Shown in pieces: positions 1-8,914 of a stretch of 45,315 bases of DNA; positions within the stretch are counted from its first letter, which is position 1; every line of letters begins with the position of its first letter. The stretch is taken from assembly GCA_047629275.1 (NCBI GenBank), contig JBLHWR010000001.1:1-45315 (forward strand), read 5' to 3'. The position numbers were made by a program, and so were the translations under genes. The notes beneath the pieces are model-generated. The model did not search any database, was not told the origin of the DNA, and saw nothing but the letters and a program-made list of their open reading frames with translations. Source of the stretch: Gammaproteobacteria bacterium (GTDB lineage Bacteria; Pseudomonadota; Gammaproteobacteria; GCA-001735895).

Positions 1-395
1 CCACTATTAGAGTCTCGCCCATTGAAGGCGGCTACTTTTTGATAACCGTCGCGAAGTGATTGGATTTTGCTATTCACTGAAGTAATAAATAGGCTAGCGT
101 TGTATAGGCCGTAACAGCCAGGGGCATCAAATACAGGCACGCAGAACGGACGCAGTTTATTTTTTAGACTTTTCATTAATGGGTAGCCGCAGGCGTGGCC
201 TATAAATAGATGGTCATCACACAAAGTTCTTGAGTCTGTATCGAAGCGAATTGTTGAATCTAGAGTGTCGTCGATTACATCGGTAAAGAGGTCAAAAAAA
301 GCCTGCCACGCGACTCTTAAATCATCTGTAAAGGCATACATGCCACAAGTGATGAATGGAGACGTTGCACTTCGAATGTCGGCGGTTGATATCAT
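1..395 (-). CDS. PhnD-like (phosphate/phosphonate ABC substrate-binding-fold) protein, N-terminal part; the gene runs off the window edge
   Basis: Minus-strand frame is open from the ATG at 393-395 to position 1. It is absent from the ORF track because it has no stop in the window. Translation MISTADIRSATSPFITCGMYAFTDDLRVAWQAFFDLF...LFIGHACGYPLMK resembles PhnD/SsuA-type binding-fold proteins. Confidence 0.4.
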   Translation of the reverse strand, partial: MISTADIRSATSPFITCGMYAFTDDLRVAWQAFFDLFTDVIDDTLDSTIRFDTDSRTLCDDHLFIGHACGYPLMKSLKNKLRPFCVPVFDAPGCYGLYNASLFITSVNSKIQSLRDGYQKVAAFNGRDSNS

Positions 396-606
396 CTAGT
401 GGTGATTTTTCCGTTTAGATTTGGCTTTTAATAACTAGTCTTTTAGCGCAGATAAGATATCGTATTGAAAGGGTTTGAAGCAAGTGTGAAAAATGTTTTG
501 TTAAATCAACAATGCGGTTTATAAAAAACAACAATTACCAAGTAGACCACTTGATACCAAATGCAATATTATCTAATCAAATCAGTCTTTCAAATAGGTA
601 TTTCAC

Positions 607-2127
607 ATGAGTAGCAGAAGATCTCGCAAACGTACCGCCACGCCTGATCAACTAGTGGGTGTTAAAGCACATCAATTATTTAATCCCTATTCACCCATCA
701 GTGTTCTCAGTGAGGACGACCTTGATTTAATTCACGATGGCGCGATGCGCATTCTTGAGGAAATTGGCCTACACGTTATGAATGAAAAGGCTTTGGCGAT
801 TTATGAAAATGAGGGCGCTAGGGTCGACTGGGACAAACAGCACGTTTTTATCGACCGTTCAATCGTCATGAAACGCCTGCAAACAGTTCCTTCTGAATTT
901 ACCATGCATGCCCGAAATCCGGATCGAAATCGACTGGTAGGCCGCAATGCGATCAATTTCACCTCGGTTGCCAGTGCCCCCAATAGCTCTGATCTCGAAG
1001 GCGGGCGTCGCACTGGAAATTTCGAAGATTATTGTAATTTCCTTCGATTGTCTCAGGGTGCTGATGTCATAGACTTTCTCAGTGGTTATCCGGTAGAGCC
1101 TATTGATATTCCACCGGCAACTCGACATTTGGACGCATCATTAGCCGCCTATACATTAACGGATAAGTCATTTAGCTTGTATTGCCTTGGTGGTGACCGA
1201 GTTAACGATGGGATTGAGATGGCAGCAATCGCACGGGGTGTTGATCGAGAAACGATGAAAAATGAACCCAGTATCATTACTGTGGTGAATACTAATTCGC
1301 CACTATTAGTCGATGATTCGATGCTGGATGGCTTGATCGAAATGGCTGAGAACGGGCAGCCAACTATTGTTACGCCTTTCACCCTGTCGGGTGCCATGTG
1401 TCCTATTAGCTTGGCCGGCGCTTTAGCGCAACAAACCGCCGAAGCGCTTGGCGTAATTATTCTGTCACAAATGGTCAGACCTGGCGCACCTATGGTGATG
1501 GGCGGATTTACTTCGAATGCCGATATGCGCACCGGTGCCCCTGCATTTGGCACGCCCGAATATACCAAAGCGGCGTTAGCCAGTGGCCAACTGGCTCGAC
1601 GCTATAATATTCCTTTTCGCTCATCCGCACCCAATGCTTCAAACTGCGTTGATGCCCAGGCCGCTTGGGAAACACAAATGTCACTGTGGGGAGCCGTTAT
1701 GGGCCATGCTCAAATCATTAAGCATGCTGCTGGTTGGTTAGAGGGTGGGCTTTGTGCTTCGTTTGAAAAATTCATTATCGACATTGATATGTTGCAAATG
1801 ATGGCAGAAACCCTAAAACCAATCGAAGTGAGTGAGGCAACATTAGCGCTGGATGCAATTAAACAAGCAGGGCATGGTGGACATTTCTTTGGCACCACTC
1901 ACACACTGGCCAATTACAAGACAGCTTTCTATGAGCCCATCGTGTCAGATTGGAGCAACTTTGAGAGTTGGGAAGAAAATGGCTCAAAAACAGCATTCGA
2001 ACGCGCCAATAAAATCTACCGACAACGCTTAAAGGACTTTCAGTCACCTGTGATGGATGATCAAATCAGGGTGTCGCTCGAATCGTATGTATCAGAGCGG
2101 AGACAGGAGCTGGAACTAACCCGATGA
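607..2127 (+). CDS. MttB-superfamily methyltransferase, non-pyrrolysine type (glycine betaine/quaternary amine methyltransferase-like)
   Basis: 506-aa uninterrupted ORF. The N-terminal SEDDLDLIHDGAMRILEEIGL and overall length are typical of the trimethylamine methyltransferase MttB family. There is no in-frame amber codon. Confidence 0.85.
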   Translation: MSSRRSRKRTATPDQLVGVKAHQLFNPYSPISVLSEDDLDLIHDGAMRILEEIGLHVMNEKALAIYENEGARVDWDKQHVFIDRSIVMKRLQTVPSEFTMHARNPDRNRLVGRNAINFTSVASAPNSSDLEGGRRTGNFEDYCNFLRLSQGADVIDFLSGYPVEPIDIPPATRHLDASLAAYTLTDKSFSLYCLGGDRVNDGIEMAAIARGVDRETMKNEPSIITVVNTNSPLLVDDSMLDGLIEMAENGQPTIVTPFTLSGAMCPISLAGALAQQTAEALGVIILSQMVRPGAPMVMGGFTSNADMRTGAPAFGTPEYTKAALASGQLARRYNIPFRSSAPNASNCVDAQAAWETQMSLWGAVMGHAQIIKHAAGWLEGGLCASFEKFIIDIDMLQMMAETLKPIEVSEATLALDAIKQAGHGGHFFGTTHTLANYKTAFYEPIVSDWSNFESWEENGSKTAFERANKIYRQRLKDFQSPVMDDQIRVSLESYVSERRQELELTR

Positions 2128-2969
2128 AACTACAAGAACGAGTCACGCTATTTCAAAATCGGCTGGAGCAGGTGATTGCACAAAGTGGTCTGAATCGCTC
2201 TAAATTTGCGACTTCAATCTCTGTCGATAGATCCACTCTTTCTCAATTACTCTCGGTCGATAATGTGCGGTTGCCACGAGCAGACACAATTGCCTCAATT
2301 GCTGAAGTGCATCAAATTAGCATCGATTGGTTGCTTGGCCTGACTCAACAAGGCGCGTTGGCGACTCAAATGGTTGAAGAAGCGTTTGATGTCGATGATT
2401 TTGCCGACACCATTTTTGACAAACATCTGCAATGGCATCGTGAGGCAACGGGTTACAAAGTGAGGTATGTCCCGACAACCTTGCCTGATCTACTCAAAAC
2501 CGAAGCGGTTGCCGAATATGAATTCAACCGCTATGGCTCAGGTAAAGTGAACCAGAGTGTGCGTGATAATCAACTGCTGTTATTGCAGCAACGCCACCCG
2601 GGTAGCGAACTTGAAACCTGCACCACGATTCAATCCCTGCAATTGTTTGCCAATGGTCAGGGCATTTGGAAAGATCTGGGTGTAGCCGAACGCAAAGCAC
2701 AATTGCAACGCATGATTGAACTTAATAAAGAATTATATCCCGGCTTTCGCTGGTATCTATTTGATGGCAAGGAAACCTACTCTTCGTCATTTACTGTTTT
2801 TGGCCCATTACGCGCGACGCTATTTATCGGCAACCTGTATGCGGTGGTCAATAGTATCGAACATATTCGAAAGCTGACGGCTCGCTTTGACGATTTAATT
2901 CGAATGGCGACAGTTCACCCACATGAAATTCAAACCACGTTAGAGAACCTGATGGATGATTGCCAATAG
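2124..2969 (+). CDS. XRE-family helix-turn-helix transcriptional regulator with a roughly 200-aa uncharacterised C-terminal domain
   Basis: The N-terminus (SGLNRSKFATSISVDRSTLSQLL...IASIAEVHQISIDWLLG) is a classic Cro/C1-type HTH. The start overlaps the mttB-like stop (ATGA at 2124-2127). Confidence 0.7.
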   Translation: MKLQERVTLFQNRLEQVIAQSGLNRSKFATSISVDRSTLSQLLSVDNVRLPRADTIASIAEVHQISIDWLLGLTQQGALATQMVEEAFDVDDFADTIFDKHLQWHREATGYKVRYVPTTLPDLLKTEAVAEYEFNRYGSGKVNQSVRDNQLLLLQQRHPGSELETCTTIQSLQLFANGQGIWKDLGVAERKAQLQRMIELNKELYPGFRWYLFDGKETYSSSFTVFGPLRATLFIGNLYAVVNSIEHIRKLTARFDDLIRMATVHPHEIQTTLENLMDDCQ

Positions 2970-3024
2970 CCAGCTAAGAAAGCCCAGTAAGAAAGCAAGT
3001 ACAGATAACTAGAGAGAAGCTAAG

Positions 3025-4308
3025 ATGAACCAATCATACGACGCCATTATTATTGGAGCAGGCATTATTGGATCAGCCACGTCACTTGCGCTCGGGAGAA
3101 AGGGCTGGCGCGTGCTCAAGATAGATAAATTACCCGCCTGTGGTTATGGCTCCACATCTGGCTCCTGCGCCATAATTCGGCCTTATTACTCCACCATTGA
3201 TGATTCTGCGATGGCGTATGAATCGCACTTTTACTGGAAGAATTGGGCCAGCTATTTAGGTAATGCGACCGCTAGCGAGACGACCCTAGACGAGAGTGGG
3301 TTGATCAAGTACGTCGATTGTGGATCGATGGTGATGAAGACAGAACTCAATAATTACCTTAAGCCCTGTTTAGCCATGATGGATGAACTCGACTGTCCGT
3401 ATGATGAATTTAGCCCAGAGCAACTTCGAGAGAAATTGCCGGATGATCCGGCATTTGGTATCGCTAACGAAACCCCGTTAGGTGGCGCCGTACTCTTTCG
3501 GGCAGGTGGTTACATTACTGATCCGCAACTGGCGACACACAATATTATGCGTGCAGCCGAGCGTGCTGGTGGGTCGTTTATGTATAATCTCAGTGTGGTT
3601 GAAATTAGGCAGCAAAACGGCCGTGTTTGTGGCGTTGCTCTTGACAATGGTGACACGATCGATGCACCGGTTGTGCTCAATGCCGCCGGACCTCACTCGT
3701 CGAAAATAAATCAACTGGCCGATGTCGAAAAGAACATGAAAGTGAAGACACGAGCGTTACGCCAGGAAGTAGCGCACGTCCCGCTGCCAGATGGATACAA
3801 CCCGAATACGGCCTGCGTGACTTCCGATAGCGACATTGGTGTTTATACACATCCCGAGCATGGTAATAATTTGTTGATTGGTAGTGAAGATCCGCCTGCT
3901 GATAAACACGAATGGGTAGATCCCTACAATTATAATCGCGAATTCACAGATCAATGGCGCACGCAGGTACTGCGCGTATGTCAGCGCGTGCCTGCGCTAG
4001 AAGTACCCACCAAAATGCAGGGTGTTGTGGACTTATACGATGTCAGTGATGACTGGATTCCTATCTATGATAAGTCAGACTTGCCTGGGTTTTATATGGC
4101 CATCGGCACCAGCGGAAACCAGTTTAAAAATGCACCGATAGCCGGTGAAATGATGGAAAATATTATCGAAGCCTGCGAGCAGGGTAATGATCAGGATAGC
4201 AATCCCGTCGATTTACATTTGAAGTATATCGGCCGTACGGTTACTAGTGGTTTCTATTCGCGATTACGCGAAATTAATCAAGATAGTAGTTTTTCAGTCT
4301 TAGGTTAG
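3025..4308 (+). CDS. FAD-dependent oxidoreductase, DAO family (sarcosine/glycine oxidase-like)
   Basis: N-terminal dinucleotide-binding motif YDAIIIGAGIIGSATSLALGRKG. Its 427-aa size and its position next to the DMGDH-type gene fit this family. Confidence 0.8.
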   Translation: MNQSYDAIIIGAGIIGSATSLALGRKGWRVLKIDKLPACGYGSTSGSCAIIRPYYSTIDDSAMAYESHFYWKNWASYLGNATASETTLDESGLIKYVDCGSMVMKTELNNYLKPCLAMMDELDCPYDEFSPEQLREKLPDDPAFGIANETPLGGAVLFRAGGYITDPQLATHNIMRAAERAGGSFMYNLSVVEIRQQNGRVCGVALDNGDTIDAPVVLNAAGPHSSKINQLADVEKNMKVKTRALRQEVAHVPLPDGYNPNTACVTSDSDIGVYTHPEHGNNLLIGSEDPPADKHEWVDPYNYNREFTDQWRTQVLRVCQRVPALEVPTKMQGVVDLYDVSDDWIPIYDKSDLPGFYMAIGTSGNQFKNAPIAGEMMENIIEACEQGNDQDSNPVDLHLKYIGRTVTSGFYSRLREINQDSSFSVLG

Positions 4309-4325
4309 TAGAGGAAACGTAAAAA

Positions 4326-6743
4326 ATGAGATCTCATGTACAAGTAGTGGTCATCGGTGGCGGTGTAATCGGTTGTAGTGTTATTTACCACCTCACTAAA
4401 CTGGGGTGGAAGGATGTCATGCTCATCGAGCGTTCGGAACTGACATCAGGCTCAACCTGGCATGCAGCCGGTGGTTTCCATACCCTTAATGCCGATACCA
4501 ATATGGCGGCGTTGCAAGGCTACACGATAGGCTTGTACCGAGAGTTAGAAGAAATCACAGGTCAGTCCTGTAGCCTGCATCACGTTGGCGGCATCACGCT
4601 GGCCGCAACCCCAGAGCGTATGGACTTTTTGAAGTCAGCCAGAGCAATGCACCGTCACATGGGGCTAAATACCGAACTGGTAACGCCTGAAGAAATTCGC
4701 AAACTGAGCCCAATCACCAATACAGACGGCATCATCGGTGGCCTTTACGATCCGCTCGATGGCCACCTCGATCCATCCGGCACGACGCATGCTTATGCGA
4801 AGGCAGCACAAATGCAGGGCGCCGAGATAGTCCTGCGTAACCCCGTGTTAGAAACCAATCAACGGCCAGATGGCAGTTGGGATGTCGTCACAGAACAAGG
4901 CACGATTATCGCTGAGCATGTGGTCAATGCAGCAGGATTATGGGCGAGGGAAGTCGGCGCGATGGCGGGTGTTTATCTTCCATTACACCCGATGGAGCAC
5001 CAATATTTTGCCACCGACGATATCCCCGAAGTAATGCAGCATGATACTGAGCTACCCCATGTGATGGATCCTGAAGGCGAAAGTTACTTACGTCAGGAAG
5101 GCCGTGGTTTGGTGATTGGCTTTTATGAGCAAAACTGCGAATCTTGGGGTATTGATGGCACACGCTGGGATTTTGGCCATGAATTACTGGAGGAAAATCT
5201 TGATCGGATCAGTGATTCCATGGAAATTGCGTTTCATCGTTATCCGGTGCTCGCAAAAGCTGGCATTAAATCAATTGTTAATGGTCCGTTTACGTTTGCA
5301 CCCGACGGTAATCCACTGGTTGGTCCTGTTCCTGGCTTACGAAACTACTGGTCAGCTTGCGCGGTTATGGCAGGCTTCAGTCAAGGTGGTGGTGTCGGAT
5401 TGACTTTGGCTGAATGGATGGTAAATGGTGAGCCTTCTCGCGATGTTTTTGCAATGGATGTTGCGAGATTCGGAGACTATTGCACGAAGTCTTACACTCG
5501 ATTAAAAGTACGTGAAAACTATCAAAAACGTTTTTCAGTCTCTTACCCAAATGAAGAACTACCGGCGGCACGACCGTTAGATACCACCCCAGCTTATGGT
5601 CTTTGGCAGCAAAAAAATGCCGTATTTGGTTCTGGTTATGGCATGGAGCAGGTCAATTATTTTGCACCGGAAGGTGAAGAGCCTTACGAAATCCCATCAT
5701 TCAGGCGCTCGAATGCTTTTGACATTATTGGTGAGGAATGCCTGGCTGTTCGCAACGGTGTTGGCCTTAACGAAGTACATAATTTTGGTAAGTATGAAGT
5801 GTCAGGCACTGGCGCATCCGACTATTTAGATACCATCATGGCGGGTAAAATTCCAAAAATAGGACGTTTATGTCTAAATCCTATGCTCAGCAAGCAGGGC
5901 AAAATAATTGGAGATTTTACAGTGGCACAGGTCTGCAAAGACGTATTTCAGCTGACCGCTTCATATACAGCTCAGGCTTATCACATGCGCTGGTTTTGCC
6001 AGCATCAGCCTGAGCAAGGTGTAAAAATTGAAAATGTCTCTAAGCAACGGATTGGATTTCAAATCGCAGGCCCAAATGCGCGGGAATTATTGCAACGAGT
6101 TACCCGTGCCGATGTATCAAACGAAGCTTTTCCGTTTTTATCAGTAAGAGAAATGGATGTTGGGCAATGCCAAGCCATTGTGCAGCGAGTGAGTTATACC
6201 GGTGATAGAGGCTATGAAATATACGTGCCCGTTCATCATCAGATAGCGCTCTATCAAATTCTTAATGAAGCTGGAAAAGACTTAGGGTTGAAACCTTTTG
6301 GCATGCGCGCAATGATGAGCCTGCGTTTGGATAAATCGTTCGGTTCATGGATGCGTGAATACAAACCCGACTACACGCCGTTAGAAACAGGCCTTGATCG
6401 TTTTGTCGATTACACCAAGGCAAGCGACTTCATCGGTAAAGCAGCGGCGTTAGCGGAAAAAGATGCGGGTGCAGACCGTCAATTATGTACTTTTATAGTT
6501 GATGCAAAAGATGCTGATGTAAATGCCTATGAACCCATTTGGCATGGCGGTGAAGTGGTTGGTTTTGTTACCTCTGGCGGGTATTCACACTATAGCCAAA
6601 AAAGTATTGCGTTCGGCTTTATGCCGAATGCACTCGTAAAAGAGGGGCAGCAGGTTGAGATTGAGTTGTTAGGCGAAATGATACCGGCTCGGCTTTATGT
6701 CACACCATTGTTTGATGCAAAAAACGAATATTTACGAGGGTAA
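4326..6743 (+). CDS. Dimethylglycine/sarcosine dehydrogenase-type flavoenzyme fused to a GcvT-like folate-binding aminomethyltransferase domain
   Basis: VVVIGGGVIGCS FAD motif, SGSTWHAAGG (covalent-flavin His context of DMGDH/SarDH), and a C-terminal GcvT-like region (SYTGDRGYEIYV). 805 aa. Confidence 0.85.
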   Translation: MRSHVQVVVIGGGVIGCSVIYHLTKLGWKDVMLIERSELTSGSTWHAAGGFHTLNADTNMAALQGYTIGLYRELEEITGQSCSLHHVGGITLAATPERMDFLKSARAMHRHMGLNTELVTPEEIRKLSPITNTDGIIGGLYDPLDGHLDPSGTTHAYAKAAQMQGAEIVLRNPVLETNQRPDGSWDVVTEQGTIIAEHVVNAAGLWAREVGAMAGVYLPLHPMEHQYFATDDIPEVMQHDTELPHVMDPEGESYLRQEGRGLVIGFYEQNCESWGIDGTRWDFGHELLEENLDRISDSMEIAFHRYPVLAKAGIKSIVNGPFTFAPDGNPLVGPVPGLRNYWSACAVMAGFSQGGGVGLTLAEWMVNGEPSRDVFAMDVARFGDYCTKSYTRLKVRENYQKRFSVSYPNEELPAARPLDTTPAYGLWQQKNAVFGSGYGMEQVNYFAPEGEEPYEIPSFRRSNAFDIIGEECLAVRNGVGLNEVHNFGKYEVSGTGASDYLDTIMAGKIPKIGRLCLNPMLSKQGKIIGDFTVAQVCKDVFQLTASYTAQAYHMRWFCQHQPEQGVKIENVSKQRIGFQIAGPNARELLQRVTRADVSNEAFPFLSVREMDVGQCQAIVQRVSYTGDRGYEIYVPVHHQIALYQILNEAGKDLGLKPFGMRAMMSLRLDKSFGSWMREYKPDYTPLETGLDRFVDYTKASDFIGKAAALAEKDAGADRQLCTFIVDAKDADVNAYEPIWHGGEVVGFVTSGGYSHYSQKSIAFGFMPNALVKEGQQVEIELLGEMIPARLYVTPLFDAKNEYLRG

Positions 6744-7003
6744 TTTATTTCAAATCAACAAAATGATAAAGGTTGTAATAAGTCATCTAGAGCTAATTAT
6801 TGAATCAAACGACAAGCTTTATGGAAAGAAAGTTACCCTATTCATATTGACCTAGTTTCGAGCAGGCTAGTCATTTCGGGCTGTTGGGTGAAATGTTAAG
6901 TATTACTCACCTCGTGTTCAGTATTGCTGTTAGTTATAAAAGTTGTTGGGGATAGACTCCTTTATACATTAGGTATTTTTATGGGTACAACAGTGTTATC
7001 TAT

Positions 7004-7032
7004 TTGGCAGTGGCATGCAGACGATTTATAGT
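7004..7032 (+). promoter_or_regulatory. Candidate sigma-70 promoter for sat (-35 TTGGCA, 17-bp spacer, -10 TATAGT)
   Basis: TTGGCA at 7004-7009 and TATAGT at 7027-7032, about 60 nt upstream of the sat start. The -35 overlaps the shared GGCAGTGGCATG element. Confidence 0.3.
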
Positions 7033-7053
7033 TCTCTATTATAATTTTAATAA

Positions 7054-7078
7054 TTGTTCTCAGCAATGATGAGAACAA
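7054..7078 (+). promoter_or_regulatory. Perfect 8-bp stem hairpin (TTGTTCTC-N9-GAGAACAA) immediately upstream of the sat Shine-Dalgarno
   Basis: Inverted repeat 7054-7061 / 7071-7078. GGAGG at 7081-7085 and the TTG start at 7091 follow directly. Confidence 0.35.
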
Positions 7079-7090
7079 CTGGAGGCTACG

Positions 7091-8308
7091 TTGGTAACAC
7101 TTGTAAATCCCCATGGCGGTGAATCGCTAAAACCACTTTTGCTTGAAGGTGATGCCCTCATTGCTGAATCTAAGCGCGCAGAAGCGTTACCTAAGATTAA
7201 TATCTCGTCGCGTGAATCGGGCGATCTTATTATGCTAGGTATTGGCGGCTTCACGCCACTTGATGGATTTATGTCAAAAGCTGATTGGCAAGGTGTTTGC
7301 GATAACATGCATACAGCTAGCGGGTTGTTTTGGCCAATTCCGATTACGCTTTCAACCGATACAGCCAGTGCTGATTTAATCAACGTCGGCAGTGAAGTGG
7401 GTTTATACGATGGTGAGTCGGGTCAACTTATTGCGACAATGCGCGTTGATGAAAAATATACCATCGACAAAGCACACGAATGCTCCACAGTTTACAAAAC
7501 TACTGATGCTGAGCATCCTGGTGTAGCCATGGTATTGGCGCAGGGCGACGTTAATTTAGCGGGTCCGGTTAAGGTTTTATCACGAGGTGGATTTCCTGAA
7601 ACCTATGGTAAGTTATTTAAAACTCCGGCGGAAACCCGAGCTGAGTTTGCTGAGATGGGCTGGAGTCGAATTGCTGCATTTCAAACGCGCAATCCAATGC
7701 ATCGTTCTCACGAGTATCTCGCTAAAATAGCCATTGAAATTTGTGATGGCGTGTTAATTCATTCTTTGTTGGGTAAATTAAAAGCGGGTGATATTCCTGC
7801 TGATGTGCGTTCAGAAGCTATTGCAAGCTTGTGTGAGAATCACTTTGTTGAAAATACCGTTATGCAAGCAGGCTATCCGTTAGATATGCGCTATGCGGGT
7901 CCACGCGAAGCGTTATTGCACGCATTGTTTCGACAAAATTATGGTTGCTCGCATTTAATTGTAGGTCGTGATCACGCCGGTGTTGGGGACTATTATGGGC
8001 CATTTGATGCCCATCATATTTTTGACGAGATTCCTGAAGACGCATTAGAAACACAGCCACTTCGTATTGACTGGACATTCTGGTGCTACAAATGTGGTGG
8101 CATGGCGTCAATGAAAACATGCCCACACGACGCCGAAGACCGCTTACTGCTGTCAGGCACCAAACTTCGAAAAATGCTGTCTGAAGGTGAAAATCCACCG
8201 CCGGAATTTAGTCGGCCTGAAGTCGTTGCTATCTTGCAGAAATATTATGCGGGATTGTCTGATGAAAAAAATGTGAAAATCAAACTGGAAGGTCATTCTG
8301 GCCAATAA
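7091..8308 (+). CDS. sat: Sulfate adenylyltransferase (ATP sulfurylase), dissimilatory-type homo-oligomeric Sat
   Basis: LVNPHGG...[26 protein letters not shown] and other ATP-sulfurylase signatures. TTG start lies 5 nt after GGAGG. Confidence 0.92.
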   Translation: MVTLVNPHGGESLKPLLLEGDALIAESKRAEALPKINISSRESGDLIMLGIGGFTPLDGFMSKADWQGVCDNMHTASGLFWPIPITLSTDTASADLINVGSEVGLYDGESGQLIATMRVDEKYTIDKAHECSTVYKTTDAEHPGVAMVLAQGDVNLAGPVKVLSRGGFPETYGKLFKTPAETRAEFAEMGWSRIAAFQTRNPMHRSHEYLAKIAIEICDGVLIHSLLGKLKAGDIPADVRSEAIASLCENHFVENTVMQAGYPLDMRYAGPREALLHALFRQNYGCSHLIVGRDHAGVGDYYGPFDAHHIFDEIPEDALETQPLRIDWTFWCYKCGGMASMKTCPHDAEDRLLLSGTKLRKMLSEGENPPPEFSRPEVVAILQKYYAGLSDEKNVKIKLEGHSGQ

Positions 8309-8323
8309 TTCGTAACAATAGTT

Positions 8324-8914
8324 ATGGTTGGTTTTCTGAAAAATGTAGAGGTCAAACCCTATATTTTCGATCAGGTAAAACTGCGATTAGTGATTCTTTC
8401 TGACACGCATGGATACCTAGACGAAAATATAGCGGCGCTAATTCGCACGGCAGATGTTGCTATTCATGCTGGCGACGTTATGGATATTAGTGTGCTCGAA
8501 CAAATGCATCCCGCATTGAAAACTATTGCTGTAGCAGGCAATAATGACGAGCAAGGGTTGTGGTCTTCGCGCGACAACTGCTTTACAAAACAACTCCCCG
8601 CTAGTGTTCAAGTGCAATTATCCGGAGGGACTATTGCAATAGAGCATGGTCATCGGTTTGGATTTTCACAGCCTGATCATCAAAGCCTTATAGCGGCATA
8701 CCCTGAGGCGAGGGCCATTATTTATGGTCATACACATAAGCAGCTGATTGACCAGTCGTGCACGCCGTGGGTGCTTAACCCAGGTGCTGCTGGTTTAGTA
8801 CGGAATCAAGGGGGGCCTCGCTGCTTAGTGTTGAACACGAATGGCAATGAATGGCTGATCGAAGCCAGTATTTTCCCCCAGCCCTATTTTGAAGCCGGAT
8901 CTAAATGGCATTAA
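8324..8914 (+). CDS. Metallophosphoesterase, YfcE/MJ0936-like
   Basis: Ordered phosphoesterase motifs DTHG, HAGD, GNND, EHGH, GHTH. Starts 15 nt after the sat stop, with no hairpin between them. Confidence 0.8.
   Translation: MVGFLKNVEVKPYIFDQVKLRLVILSDTHGYLDENIAALIRTADVAIHAGDVMDISVLEQMHPALKTIAVAGNNDEQGLWSSRDNCFTKQLPASVQVQLSGGTIAIEHGHRFGFSQPDHQSLIAAYPEARAIIYGHTHKQLIDQSCTPWVLNPGAAGLVRNQGGPRCLVLNTNGNEWLIEASIFPQPYFEAGSKWH

Noticed and set aside
607-2127. Pyrrolysine-encoding (amber read-through) MttB
   Set aside because: The ORF is continuous for 506 codons with no in-frame TAG, and no pyl genes are present in the window.
7004-7018. Sigma-54 promoter as the explanation for the shared GGCA...TGC/TTG element upstream of sat, aprM and mrpE
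   Set aside because: The required GG-N10-GC spacing is not kept. The sat copy is GG-N9-GC. The aprM copy (9342-9360) needs GG-N12-GT. Only the Mrp-leader copy (27980-27995) has correct spacing, and it has GT instead of GC. The element is therefore reported as an unassigned shared motif.
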